A stretch of 64,000 nucleotides of DNA from Octopus sinensis (taxonomy: Eukaryota): positions 127,782,001 to 127,846,000 of the forward strand of contig NC_042997.1 in NCBI RefSeq assembly GCF_006345805.1, written 5' to 3'. Numbering within the stretch: the first letter of the stretch is position 1; each line of letters opens with the position of its first letter. The notes beneath the pieces are model-generated. The model searched no databases, was not told the origin of the DNA, and worked only from the letters and a program-made list of their open reading frames with translations. The translations under genes were made by a program, and so were the position numbers. Shown here one piece after another: positions 23,095 through 36,968 of this stretch.

Positions 23095-23478
23095 TTGGAG
23101 GCGCAATGACCCAGTAGTTAGGGCAGCGGACTCGCGGTCGTAGGATCGCGGTTTCGTTTCCCAGATCGAGCATTGTGAGTGTTTATTGAGCGAAAACACC
23201 TAAAACTCCACGAGACTCCGGCAGGGAGTTGTGGCGAACCCTGTTGTACTCTTTCACCACAACTTTCTCTCACTCTTTCTGCCTGTTTCTGTTGTACCTG
23301 TATTTCAAAGGGCCAGCCTTGTCGCACTCAGTGTTACGCTGAATCTCCCTGTGAACTATGTTAAGGGTACACGTGTCTGTGGAATACTCAGCCACTTGCA
23401 CATTAATTCCACGAGCAGGCTGTTCTCTTGATCGGATCAACTGGAACCCTCGTCGTCGTAACCGACGGAGCTCCACCA
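23095..23478 (+). mobile_element. tRNA SINE with head H1 and family C tail
   Basis: ggaggcgcaatgacccagtagttagggcagcggactcgcggtc head; tail ggaaccctcgtcgtcgtaaccgacggag. Confidence 0.85.
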
Positions 23479-23554
23479 TCATTAATAGTGTTGCCTTGCT
23501 GAAGATTGTGACATTAAATTAATGCCATATGACATCGTATTTAAGCTGTATTCC

Positions 23555-23990
23555 TCACGGACATGGTTGTGTGGTTAAGAAACTCGCTTTGGAACTATGT
23601 TGTTTCAGGTTCAGTCCCACTGTGCGGCACCTTACATAAGTGTTTTTTACTGTAGCCCCGGAGTGACCAATACATGGTGAAGTTGGTGGACAGAAACTAT
23701 GTGGAAGCCCATCACGTACATGTGTGTGTGTGTGTGTGTGAGAGAGAGAAAGAGACAGAGAGAGAGAGAGTGCATATGTATGTTTGTGTGTGCGTGTGTG
23801 TGTGTATGCATGTATCTTCCTCCCCATCACCACCGCTTGACAATCAGTGTTTGTATCCATGTAACCGAGTAGTTTGGCAAAAAAATACCAATGAGTTAGT
23901 ACCAAACTATTAAATATTAAAGTATTAGAATCGATTTTTTCGACTCCAGCTTGGCCGCAGTCCAATGACTGAAACAAATAGAATAAAAAC
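23555..23990 (+). mobile_element. SINE family A, diverged subfamily
   Basis: ggacatggttgtgtggttaagaaactcgc...ggttcagtcccactgtgcggcacc...ggccgcagtccaatgactgaaacaa. Confidence 0.85.
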
Positions 23991-24312
23991 TACAAAGGAC
24001 AATAATGCTTGTCAGTTATCTTTCAGGTGCATTACTAACTACAGCTTGATTGCGTAAGTAAAGGATATATCAATTCTCACCTGAGGCAAAGGAAGAAGTC
24101 ACTACAAACAGCTGCCAAATCATTCTTAGATCATGTCCCATCTACTTAGAAAAGAACACATTGAATAGTGTTGCCCTGGGTTCTCTGCGGCGGTAATGTT
24201 TTTGTTGCCTCAGGACTGGCCTTGAGTTAAACAACAACAGCAACTAATAGAATGAATCAGTCAACAAAGTGCCTCTCTTGGACAACTAAACCTCTTAGAA
24301 ACAACAGTTAAA

Positions 24313-24730
24313 GGCGGCGAGCTGGCAGAAACGTTAGCACGCCGAGCGAAATGCTTAGCGGTATTCCGTCTGCCGTAACGTTCTGAGATCAAATTCCGCC
24401 GAGGTCGACTTTGCTTTTCATCCTTTCGGGGTCGATTAAATAAGTACCAGTTACGCACTGGGGTCGATACAATCAACTTAATCCGTTTGTCTGTCCTTGT
24501 TTGTCCTCTCTGTGTTTAGCCCTTTGTGAGTAGTAAAGAAATAGGTATTTCGTCTGTCTTTGCGTTCTGAGTTCAAATTTCGCCGAGGTCGACTTTGCCT
24601 TTCATCCTTTCGAGGTCGATAAATTAAGTACCAGTTACGCACTGGGGTCGATGTAATCGACTTAATCCCTTTGGCTGTCCTTGTTTGTCCCCTCTATGTG
24701 TAGCCCCATGTAGTCAATAAAGAAATAAGA
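24313..24730 (+). mobile_element. SINE family B heterodimer with a perfect 16-bp TSD
   Basis: agaaacaacagttaaa at 24297-24312 and 24728-24743. Confidence 0.95.
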
Positions 24731-24859
24731 AACAACAGTTAAATTTTCTCCAGAATCACTGCTTCCTCTACAATAAAAGAAAGAATAGAATGTTGGAGGA
24801 TGTAATTTTGGGTACAATATATCAAAAAGGGACTGTGTAAACGTGGGGAGTACATGTGA

Positions 24860-26375
24860 ACGAATGGGGGTGAAAACACATGCGATCTAGCCCCTATTCT
24901 TGGCGATTTTGAGATCCACGCATCTCTTTGTCCCTGGAATGGAAGGCGGGGTGGCAATGCTGTTTAAGAAAAGCCTGGATCTCGAGGTTCGGATGATCTT
25001 CTTGGACACGGATGATAAGTTGTTCCTGGAGGTGAGCAATAGCGAAGGTTGTGCTTTTAGACTAGTCACTCTACGCTCCAACTGGAGCGGGACAGCTGGA
25101 TTTCTTCAGACGCCTTGAGGATTTTCATGGGACATCACACTCTTCAGTGCTAATGAACGATTGGAATGCCATTTTGGATGCACGCTTGGATAGGATGGGA
25201 CTAGCTGATAGGAGAGGGGGGATGTAAAAGCTTCATAGAGCTGCCCAGCCGCTTCCAACTGGCTGACAGGTATCGACTGAATTTCCCGAATGCGTTAATG
25301 TGGACATGAGCAAACAGCACCGGGTTTTTCAGATCGTATCTACGTAGGGTATTCTGAAGGCCAGTAGATGGAAGTAGCATAGGTTGTCCACAGTTCAAAG
25401 TTATCGGCTACATAGACCACAAATTTTTGAAGGGCATGATCGACGTAGATAGGATCCATAGGCAGGTTCCCGGGTACTGGAAGCTGAACACGTCTTTCCC
25501 GGCGCATCAGGCATTCAGAAACCGGGTTAGTTAGTCCATCGGAATTTGTCGGGTGCGATCGTCAACAACCATTAGTGGATAGTCCTGAAAAGGGCTAGTA
25601 AAGTAGAGGCGGTAGGATTTAGTAAAGAAATATCTTTAGAGGAATCTAGGATAGAGGGAGAGCTAGTTAGGAAGCTAGAAGAGGCTAGTTAGGAGGCTCG
25701 TGATCAATTCTTCTATGCCAAGCACAAAGGCTGCATTGTCAGAGCTAGAACGCGTGCCCTAAGACATGAAGGGACGAAAGCCGTTCGATGGTTCCGGGTG
25801 GCAGAAGTGCAACGTGGCAACAAATCCACAATTCAGTTTTTGACGGGACGGAATGGGTGTATCCTATAAGAATCAAGCAGATGTGTACGAAATTTCAGCG
25901 GCACTTCACCGAACTGTTCGGGGCGCATGGTGTGTCAGGAATGGTGGCAGGTTTCATCTCCTATTTCGACAGTATGCTGCGTCTTTCGCCCAGATATGCG
26001 GGTTCTGTGAAATACCGATAACAAACGAAGACATATGGGACGCGATAACGGGCTGCACAAAGGAGAAGTCTCTGGGGCTGGATGATCTGTATCTTCATAT
26101 GCCAGACTTGTTCGGAGGAGTTGAGAAGGAGAGGGGCGCTTGCTGAGGTGCCTCTAGCCGTCGGGGTATCTAGAATGTGTGGGACAGATGTGTGGAGTTC
26201 CTCGGTTGTCCCTGAGAGGAATTCACCCCTTTGGAGAATTTTTAATACTTAATTGTATTGTTATTGTTATTTATTGTATATTCGACATAGTTCCAAACAC
26301 CACTTGTCCCTTGTGTTAAATTGTTTCTATTTGTTTTATATTCGGACCTTGTGACCAATAAAGAAATCATTATTA
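24860..26375 (+). mobile_element. Tx1/L1-clade LINE remnant: APE endonuclease, linker, RT largely deleted, 3' end
   Basis: GGVAMLFKKSLDL...YAP...DWNAILDARLD...WT...RSYL..V...DHK...PGYWKLNTS; KSLGLDDLYLHMPDLFG then a jump to a 3' UTR-like segment ending ccttgtgaccaataaagaaat. Confidence 0.85.
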
Positions 26376-26659
26376 TTGTTATATTCGTACGTCAAACAGA
26401 TCAGATGAAACCAATAACGGGAAACAAGTTTCTACTCTCGTTCGATTTGGCGATGAAGTTATTCAGGAGGATGTTCATCGTGTTTTCTTTGCTCCCACAA
26501 AATTTTAGTGGGTGCATCTGCACCCTCTATTGCCAAGATCATGATACGGGTACAGCTGGAACAATGGCGTAGCAACAAAGTATCAAGGGTTCTCAGTAGC
26601 TTGCATCGACGGCACTTTTAACATTCCTTTCTCAATTGAAACGAATCACTTAGACTTAA

Positions 26660-27700
<1,041 letters not shown>

Positions 27701-28136
27701 ACTTAACTATTTCCAACATTTTTAAATAAGGAAACTCACCACATTGAAAAAGTATAAAGCAAAACCTAACCACTTGTAACATTCTATTCCTTCTAAACCA
27801 AATCATGTTAAATTAGTCATTCCCAACATGTTTGATTATTTCCCTTATACCGGAAAAAATCCTTGATTACCTTCCCCTGCCTCGAACTCCATATTTCACA
27901 ACATAGCGAAAACATGACACGATGTAGGTAAAGAAATTTGAGAAATTTAAAAAAGAAAATACGAAACCGGTTATTTCTCCCAAAACTATGTTACTATACG
28001 CAAAATTTCATAACATTTTTCTAACATAACGATTTGAATATATTCTTTAACCATATAACACAAGCCTTCTGTAGTATTTTCACTCTTTTTTGTCTTTTAT
28101 ACATCCAACAACGTGCTTTCACATACCAACTCTCTC

Positions 28137-28193
<57 letters not shown>

Positions 28194-28200
28194 CTATATA

Positions 28201-28640
28201 TAAAAGGGCAAGTCAAAATTTATCCTCACTTTCGCCATAACATATCTTCATTATTGCGACACTGCCTTCTGCGCATGCGTGCTTATAGCTACTACTATTG
28301 TGATCACGTGATCGAAGTGTGAGCCTGATCGTGCCATTTTCCTTTCCGGTTTTACAGTGTAAGTATGGCCGCTCCACTAGCAATGTTCACCAAAGAAGAA
28401 CAAAGAGCTGTGATCCGATTTCTCTGGTGTGTAAAGTGCTGAAATTCATCGGAGGCTTTTATCACAATACGGTCACTGCACTACCGCGTAAATTGTGTAT
28501 GAGTTGATCGGAAAGTTTGAAAATGGCCGGATAAGCGTGACACAGGGAGAGGGAGCAGGATGCCCGTCATCATACATCACTGACGAGAAGATTCAGCAAG
28601 GTCAAGAATTGGTAATTACCATCTCTCGGATCACTGCTCT
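28201..28640 (+). mobile_element. Mariner 5' fragment
   Basis: MAAPLAMFTKEEQRAVIRFLW...AEIHRRL...KFENGRISV...EGAGCP (frameshifted HTH region). Confidence 0.8.
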
Positions 28641-29838
28641 TTGATCATACATGCTTCGGAATAATGTGATAGTTGGGTACGCTATGTATATGTGTTGTGT
28701 TCTCTGTGTGTGTGTGTGTGGGGGGGGTGTTTGTGCGACTGTCCGTCCAGCATTTCAATTATTACAGTGGCCAAAAACAAAATAGATATAAACATAGGGA
28801 GAAACGATATAAGTAAGCAAAGAGAAAAAAAGCGTTACGAAATTGCCAAAACTAACTGAAATCTGACAAAGGTGAGAGATAACACAAGGACAAGATTTGT
28901 ATAAAAAAAATACATCAAAAACAAAAAATATAACCATTCACTTTTCGACCAAAATATTGATACTTAAGCATCTAATTCTTGAGACTAATTTTGTTGTATT
29001 TTTAGGGATTTCAATGCTAACAAAAAGAGTAATAAATTAAATAAAGGGAAATGTGGCGTCTGTAGACGAGAAATAATAATGATTTACATACATAAAACAT
29101 AGAAACAGAGAGAGAAACGGAATGAGATGCTCGACCGAGCTGTAACAAATAGAAGCCAGACTCCTTCAAATCTTGACGTACCGTCTTGACAATGAAAGAA
29201 CACAATATTAGGCAATATAATTTTTGGTTGTAGAAAAGACAGGATGGCTATGGCTGAAGCACATTTAATCATAGGTAGGATCAATTGAAGTTAACCTAGG
29301 ACTAAACAAGCGTTTTGCTTTACAAAAGCCTCCCCCTCCCCCACCAAAAAAATCTAATAGGAGGCAGTGTAAATATTTTAAATCATATTTTTTTACAGCA
29401 CTCGCATTAAATTACAGCTTCGGAATAATTTTGTGGTTTTCGCAGGTCGTAAGAACTGAAGCGAATATGTTTTGTGTAACCTCTGCGCTCTACCACAAAG
29501 CAGATGAAGATCCAAGGATGACCCTCATTACCAGTATTCGTAACTGTAACCCTGATATTTTATCGCCTATATACTGAGACTCAAGTCTGTGGACAGGCTT
29601 GTGATACTCCAACTCTGCCTATCGGCTCACATCACTCGTGGACCCCAAAATCAAGCGTATGTATTCTGTGCAATGGTTTTATATTCCATTTCCCAGTCCT
29701 TGAGCAATGGAAAACATGTCATTCCATACATCGGTCAGAACTTTGAGGGAGCATAGTAACCTCCGCCATATTTCGAAAGACAAAAGTATATCACTTTCGA
29801 TTAAATCATTACGTAAAGAGACAAAATGATTTTTAATA

Positions 29839-30402
29839 TTAGGTTGTCTGGAAAGTTCGTGCCGTTTTTTAAAGGAAAGAAAAAGGTCAATAAATACATG
29901 CCATTACATTTTTAATCAAACAAATATGAACCATTTTGTTGCACAATGGGTCTCCATCTTTCCTTTTACTTGAAAATACTCTCTTCCTAGAATTGAGGTG
30001 GTTTCATGGTAAAGAATTCATCAAGGTATCTTTTTACGTCACCCAAGGAATTGAAATTTTTACCATTAAGACTACTCTGCAGAGACCTGAATAAGTGGAA
30101 ATCCGAAGGAGCAATATCTGGTGAATATGGAGGGTGGGGTAACACATCCCAGCCGAGTTGCAGCAATTTTTGTCTGGTTCCCAATGCATCAAGTGCCGAA
30201 AATGAACTCTCTTATCTTCCATGTTAAAGGGTTACAAAATTAACACAGGTTATAGGGACATAAACCTTCTTCCACAAAAAGATAGCTTAAACTGTGCTCT
30301 AAATAGGTGTATTCAAATCCTATTTTATGGATTCAACCATGTTCTAAAATAAGTCGAAAGGTAAACTACTATAAATCGGCACGGACTTTCCGGACAAACC
30401 AA
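29839..30402 (-). mobile_element. Internally deleted mariner with both TIRs and TA TSD (mellifera-like)
   Basis: TA|ttaggttgtctggaaagttcgtgccg...cggcacggactttccggacaaaccaa|TA; MEDKRVHFRHLM fused to LGWDVLPHPPYSPDIAPSDFHLF. Confidence 0.93.
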
Positions 30403-30909
30403 TATATCTCTTTTTACAATTTTTTTTTGCTATATTGGAATTGGTTCATATCCAATGCTCTCCTCTGGCTTCCCAAACCAACAGAACTTTTGTTACTGCG
30501 CTGTAACATGTATATATTATTGTGAAAGTTTTAAAAATACTTCCGTCTATGAAATTGCAATTTTCTTTGTATTTATAACAGTGGATATGTCAGTGTGCTT
30601 GCTTAAATGTCATTGAATATTCTTTCTGTTTAGTCTTCTTTTAAAATCGTGTGCTATAGGTTTGTTTACAGACTTCTTACCTCGAGGGAAAAAAATCTGT
30701 TTCACTACTTCAGCAGACCCTGTTAAAACACAAACGAACGCTTACAAAAACATAGAATATAAAATGTCCAAGGACATATCTCAATCTCCATTCCAAAGCC
30801 AAGTGGCTAGTAAAATATTTCAAATCCTTTCTCATTGGCACATAATAAAATGAAAACTTTTTTGCATACAACTTGGTGTTTGACAGCATTAATTCACTTC
30901 GTAACACAA

Positions 30910-30913
30910 CAAC

Positions 30914-30948
<35 letters not shown>

Positions 30949-30978
30949 TAATAATATAATAATAATAATATAATAATA

Positions 30979-31056
<78 letters not shown>

Positions 31057-31347
31057 TAATAAGATAATAATGATTTCATTTATTTGCCACAAAGACGAAG
31101 CATGAGGGGGCCAATACAGAGACAGACATAAAGTGTCGGGATTTACATATAATAATAAAAGGACAAAAATGTAAGTAAGTATACACGGTAGACACTGAAA
31201 TAGAAAAAGCATACACATAGCATACAAAAGGTAAAAAAGAAAATAATAATCTTCAATCAACAACATAACGATATTGGGTATTGTGTGACGTATTAACAAA
31301 TAATAATGATAATAATGATGATAATAGTAATAATAATAATAATAATA

Positions 31348-31378
<31 letters not shown>

Positions 31379-31400
31379 AAGAAGAAGAAGAAGAAGAAGA
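30910..31400. repeat. (AAT)/(GAT)/(AAG) microsatellites surrounding a probable LINE 3' UTR fragment on minus (31075-31250)
   Basis: Minus strand reads ctttgtggcaaataaatgaaat, similar to the 3' end at 26347. Confidence 0.6.
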
Positions 31401-31409
31401 AATAACAAT

Positions 31410-31600
31410 AGTGGTTTCAATTTGTGGCACAAGGCCAGCAGTTTTAGGTAAGAGGGTGAGTCGATTACATCGACCACAGTGCCCAATTGATACTTATTTT
31501 ATCGACCTCGACAGGATGAAAGTGAAAGGCAAAGTCGACCTCGACGGAATTTGAACTCAGAACGTAAAGATGGATGAAATGCAACGAAGCATTTTGTACA
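31410..31600 (-). mobile_element. SINE family B, older tail type
   Basis: ggcacaaggccagc tail; aaaggcaaagtcgacctcgacggaatttgaactcagaacg. Confidence 0.88.
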
Positions 31601-31659
31601 GCTTACTCTAATGACGACGACAACGAAAACGACGACAACGAAGATGATGATGATGATAA

Positions 31660-31900
31660 ATAAATAAATACATAAATTAAAAAACACTTTGTTGGCCACA
31701 AGAACCGCACGAATAGGACATCACAACTAGAAAGGACTGTGAGGGTTTACATACACAGGCGTAAACAATAAGAAAATAAAATACAAATAAATTATTACAG
31801 CAAAATTCCCTGATAGGAGGGAATACCATCTTGCAGTGAGCAAGGAACCCCTCAGATCCTGGATCATCCCCACCACCTAAGAAAACCATTCAGAGGTTCC
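31660..31900 (-). mobile_element. Probable Tx1/L1-like 3' UTR fragment
   Basis: Minus strand reads ggttcttgtggccaacaaag followed by a T-rich tail. Confidence 0.4.
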
Positions 31901-32205
31901 CCTTCTCTTATGCATTCTATTCATCCTATTGGTACAAGCTTAATGTAGTTTCACTCCCTCGAACTATACTCACACATTCACCCACCTTTCATCAAAATTA
32001 ATGGCGAACACCATTTCCCTCTCAAACTCACCTTCCTTTTCAAATTAAATTCTAAAAAGCTGACGAGCGTTTGACTGAAAAGGAATGTGTTCCTGTCTTT
32101 AGTCCTTTCAGTTTTTTCCACTAAATCTCTTTTGCCATAGCCTCGAAGCGCGGGAAAACTGCCAACTACGATTTTCGGCTGAAAAGTCCATAGAGTGACC
32201 AAGAT

Positions 32206-32440
32206 AAAGGTGGCGAGCTGGCAGAAACGTTAGCATGCCGGGCAAAATGTTTATCGGCATTTCGTCTGTCTTTGCGTTCTGAGTTCAAATTCCGCCGAGG
32301 TCGACTTTGCCTTTCATCCTTTCGGGGTCGATTAAATAAGTACCAGTTACGCACTGGGGTCGATATAATCGAGTCAATCCATTTGTCTACCCTTGTTTGT
32401 CCCCTCTATGTTTAGCTCCTTGTGGGCCATAAAGAAATAA
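32206..32440 (+). mobile_element. SINE family B monomer with a 14-bp TSD
   Basis: agagtgaccaagat at 32192-32205 and 32440-32453. Confidence 0.95.
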
Positions 32441-32461
32441 GAGTGACCAAGATTCTTTCAT

Positions 32462-33130
32462 GGAATGTGACCAGCGGTGTTGCAGTACTTGGATCCTGTT
32501 GGTAAAGAAACTTACCTTCTGTTGGTCAGAAAAGTCAGCAACAGTAGACAGGACGTCATCAACATTGCAGTACTGGTCCTCAGTGAAGCTTTTTCTATGT
32601 TGGAGAACAGATGATAGTCAGAGGAGGCCAAATCAAAAGAATAGGGTGGATAATCAACAACCACTTCTAAAACACTGTCGCGGACTTGTGTGCTGGAGGA
32701 TTGTCCGGATGAAACAAGACACAATTCGTCAGTTTTCTGGTGGTCTGGTCTTGATAGTCTTTCGCAAATGCTTGAGCAAGCTGGCATAGTATTCTCCATT
32801 TATGGTGTGGCCCTTTTGAAGATAGTTAATAGACACAACACTTTTTGCATCTCAAAAAACTGAGACCAACACCTTCCCCCCAAATGAAATGACTTTGGCA
32901 TTCTTTGAAGCAGGTGCAGAGGGTTGATTCTACTACATGGATAGTCTCTTTGTCTCTGGCTCAAAGTGATGAACCCAACACTCAACTTGGGTTAAGAAAC
33001 GTTCAAGGAAGCCAGCTGGATCTGCCTCAGACAATGACAGATTTACTGCGATGTGATCAACTTGGTGCTCTTTTGATCGGGTGTCAGAGGACCCGGCACC
33101 TACCGAGCAGAAACTTTCCTGACGTCTAGA
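32462..33130 (-). mobile_element. Mariner transposase remnant (catalytic domain)
   Basis: ECWVHHFEPETK...KVLVSVF...KGHTINGEYYASLL...FHPDN...DYPPYSFDLASSDYHLF. Confidence 0.9.
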
Positions 33131-33199
33131 TCATTGTGCCAAATATTCTCAACTCTCTCACAGGATATGCTAATAGCACTGGCTAATTTGATTTGTAGT

Positions 33200-33385
33200 C
33201 AATCACCAGTCATCTATCAGCATGTGGTCTTTACGTTCAGAGTTCAAATTCAGCAGGGGTCGACTTTGCATTTCATCCTTTCGAAGTCGATAAAATATGT
33301 ACCAGTTAAATACTGGGGACCGTGTAATCAACTTTCCCTTCCCCCAAAATTGCTGTCCTTGTGCTAAAATTTGAAACCATTATTT
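33200..33385 (+). mobile_element. SINE family B, old copy
   Basis: ttacgttcagagttcaaattcagcaggggtcgactttgc...ccttgtgctaaaatttgaaacc. Confidence 0.8.
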
Positions 33386-33512
33386 AAGTACATGTATGTG
33401 TACGTGGGTATGATGTATGTATACACATATTTCTATGTGTGTGGGCACATGTGTGTGTATCTGTGTGCTTGCGTGTGTCTGTATGTGTTTGTATGAGTGT
33501 GTGTATGTGTAT

Positions 33513-33560
<48 letters not shown>

Positions 33561-34011
33561 ACGAGTATTCATATTGTTGTGTTTATGTATGCATGTTTGT
33601 GTAAACAATGAAAAATTCCATGAAGGAATGAAAGCATGTGTCAGCTTGGGTGGTAAGTTCTCTGAATAACAGCTACAGGAAGTACCCTGTGTTACACATC
33701 TGTGCAAAAGGGTGTTGGTCCCGAGCAGGATTGAAAAATCGCGTCTGCGATGTTCATGTTTCAGAGAACAATAAAAGGCTAACATTACTCAAAAGGCTAA
33801 CATTGCAACGAATAACTTGGGGTACCTTAATTGATGGATTATCTTATACTATTGATTTGCTATCTCGAATTACCCCGATTCTTCATGCTATGTTTGTAAA
33901 TTCGAGTATTTAGAGAGACTTAGTAATTTTAATATTTCTATTATATATATATTATATATATATATATAGGGAGAGAGAGCGAGAGAGAGAGAGAGAGCGA
34001 GAGAGGGGGAG

Positions 34012-34070
<59 letters not shown>

Positions 34071-34345
34071 CTCTTTTACTCTTTTACTTCTTTCAGTCAT
34101 TTGACTGTGGCCATGCTGGAACACTGCCTTTAGACGAGCAAATAGACCCCAGGACTTATTCTTTGAAAGCCTACTACTTATCTATCGGACTTCTTTCAGT
34201 TTCCGTCTACCAAATCCACTCACAAGGCTTTGGTCGACCCGAGGCTATAGTAGAAGAGACATGCCCAAGGTGCTACGCAGTGGGACTGAACGCGGAATCA
34301 TGTGGTTCGTAAGCAAGTTATCACACAGCCACTCTCTACGCCTAT
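34071..34345 (-). mobile_element. SINE family A with the central region deleted
   Basis: Tail and head present; jump at ctatcgg|acttctttcag. Confidence 0.9.
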
Positions 34346-34376
34346 ATGTAAACATATGTGTGTTGTTGTGAGTGTG

Positions 34377-34456
<80 letters not shown>

Positions 34457-34839
34457 ACATGCAAAAGCACACTGATATACAGATATATGTATTTGCATAC
34501 ACACGCACTTACACGTATACATATGCATATATGCATGCAGACTAAGTGATATTTATATATGCGTGCTGCTGTGTATTAATGTGATTGTATGGTTTTTCTC
34601 GCTGTTTTCGCGTGTTCCATTGCTCAAAATAGGGTGGGTGAGGTGATTGACAAAACCACAGAGAATTTCTACTGCACACTATAATTATGTATATATGCAT
34701 ACATGCATGAATCTCTATACGTATGAATACCATTGTGCGTTTGTGCGTTTGTGTATCTGTGTGTGTATGTGTATGCGTTTGTACTATGTGTATATCTGTG
34801 CAATCATACACACATATACACGTATATACATACACATAC

Positions 34840-34892
34840 AGACATAGGCACACCAATACACGCACTCACATGCAGTCATACACACATATACA

Positions 34893-34927
<35 letters not shown>

Positions 34928-35050
34928 TCATAGGCACACCAATACACGCACTCACATACGGTCATACACACATATACACATATATACATACACATATAGT
35001 CATAGGCACACAAATACACGCACTCACATGCAGTCATACACACATATACA

Positions 35051-35092
<42 letters not shown>

Positions 35093-35386
35093 CATACAGT
35101 CATAGGCACACCAATACACGCACTCACATACGGTCATACACACATATACACATATATACATACACATATAGTCATAGGCACACAAATACAACACGCACTC
35201 ACATGGAGTCATACACACATATACATTCATATATATATATATGTATATATATACATACAGTCATAGGCACACCAATACACGCACTCACATACGGTCATAC
35301 ACACATATACACATATATACGTACACATATAGTCATAGGCACACAAATACACGCACTCACATGCAGTCATACACACATATACATTC

Positions 35387-35417
<31 letters not shown>

Positions 35418-35565
35418 TATATATAATATATATATATATGTATATATATACATACAGTCATAGGCACACCAATACACGCACTCACATACGTTCATACACA
35501 CATATACACATATATACGTACACATACAGTCATAGGCACACAAATACACGCACTCACATGTACGC
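34840..35565. repeat. Two-subunit higher-order minisatellite (about 160-200 bp period, about 4.5 copies)
   Basis: Alternating cagtcataggcacaccaatacacgcactcacatacggtc and agtcataggcacacaaatacacgcactcacatgcagtc subunits. Confidence 0.9.
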
Positions 35566-35658
35566 ACATACACACGTGAAAGGTTTACGATGGACGACAA
35601 ATTACTGTCAATATATTTAATGCCTGCAGGAAGGAAGACGAGACTGATAATTATTAAA

Positions 35659-35659
<1 letters not shown>

Positions 35660-35714
<55 letters not shown>

Positions 35715-36091
35715 TCCTTCGTGCTAATGCATTTGTGTGTGAGTGTATGTGTGTGCATGTGCGTGTGAATATACCTAGGCATGTACATTATTTAACAAAT
35801 TGAATAAAACGCAATTTTTTTTTGTTTTGTTCAAATACATATTATATACTATTAGATAAATTGTATTGTCATAGTCTATACGTCATGTATTGACAGTTAA
35901 TAAGCGATTTAAAATGTTGCTTAATTACTTTAACTTTTCGTGGTATTTAACTTGAAATGTGACATTTTTTCATGTGACTTTTTATCTGGGCAAGATCGTG
36001 ACTATTTTTCTGTGATTTATTTTTGCCTGTGACTTTAATTCTCTTCATTATATTAGAGACATACATGCATACATACATATTTACATACATG

Positions 36092-36136
<45 letters not shown>

Positions 36137-36396
36137 TATATACATATATATATAATATATATATATATATAATGTACATATATATGTATATATGTATATA
36201 TGTATATATATATATGTGTGTATATATATATATACACACACATATACATATTCTATGCCTGCATGTTTTTATATATATATATATATATACTTAAATTTTC
36301 CTCGAATGAGGCTTTTACATGCCGAAGACTACTTGTGTAATTGATAATTATTCCAAATTAATTAATTTCACCCTTCATTATTACGGATATATATAT

Positions 36397-36436
<40 letters not shown>

Positions 36437-36590
36437 TATACATATATAAATTTTATGTGTATGTATGTTTATATATATATAAATTTTATGTGTGTGTGTG
36501 TGTGTGTGCATGTTTATGTATATATATATATATATATACATGTATGTATGAATGCGCGCGTGTGTGTGTGTATGCATGTGTATGTGCGTG
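35660..36590. repeat. (TA)/(TG)/(CATA) microsatellite region
   Basis: Direct inspection. Confidence 0.85.
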
Positions 36591-36968
36591 TACTTTGGTG
36601 TTCATAATCAAGTTGAAAAGTAACTGAATGATTGGAACGTTCACTTCACAATCGTTTAGTCTCAAGTTTGATCAAATGATGCGGCGTCAGGTGTGTGTCT
36701 CTTCTACCCGAGCCGTAAATCGACCGATTCTTTATGAGTTAAAGTGCGTCATCAGAAACCTAATGAACGCTTTTCCTTTGGTTTATATCTGCAATTCAAA
36801 GACTCAGCTTTGATACATCTTCTTTCATCATGCTTCACTAAGTGTTTTTGATGCCTGCCTAGTCGCGAGCAGAACCAGCTCTCTCAGCCTCCTCACTCTT
36901 TGACCCCGCTGAACGGCTAGGGTGTAAAAGATGGATAGAAGGAGTATTACCTCAACACCCTACTCATA

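Noticed and set aside
32192-32465. SINE-B inserted inside the mariner ORF
   Set aside because: Mariner similarity appears to stop at about 32462, so the SINE is adjacent rather than demonstrably nested.
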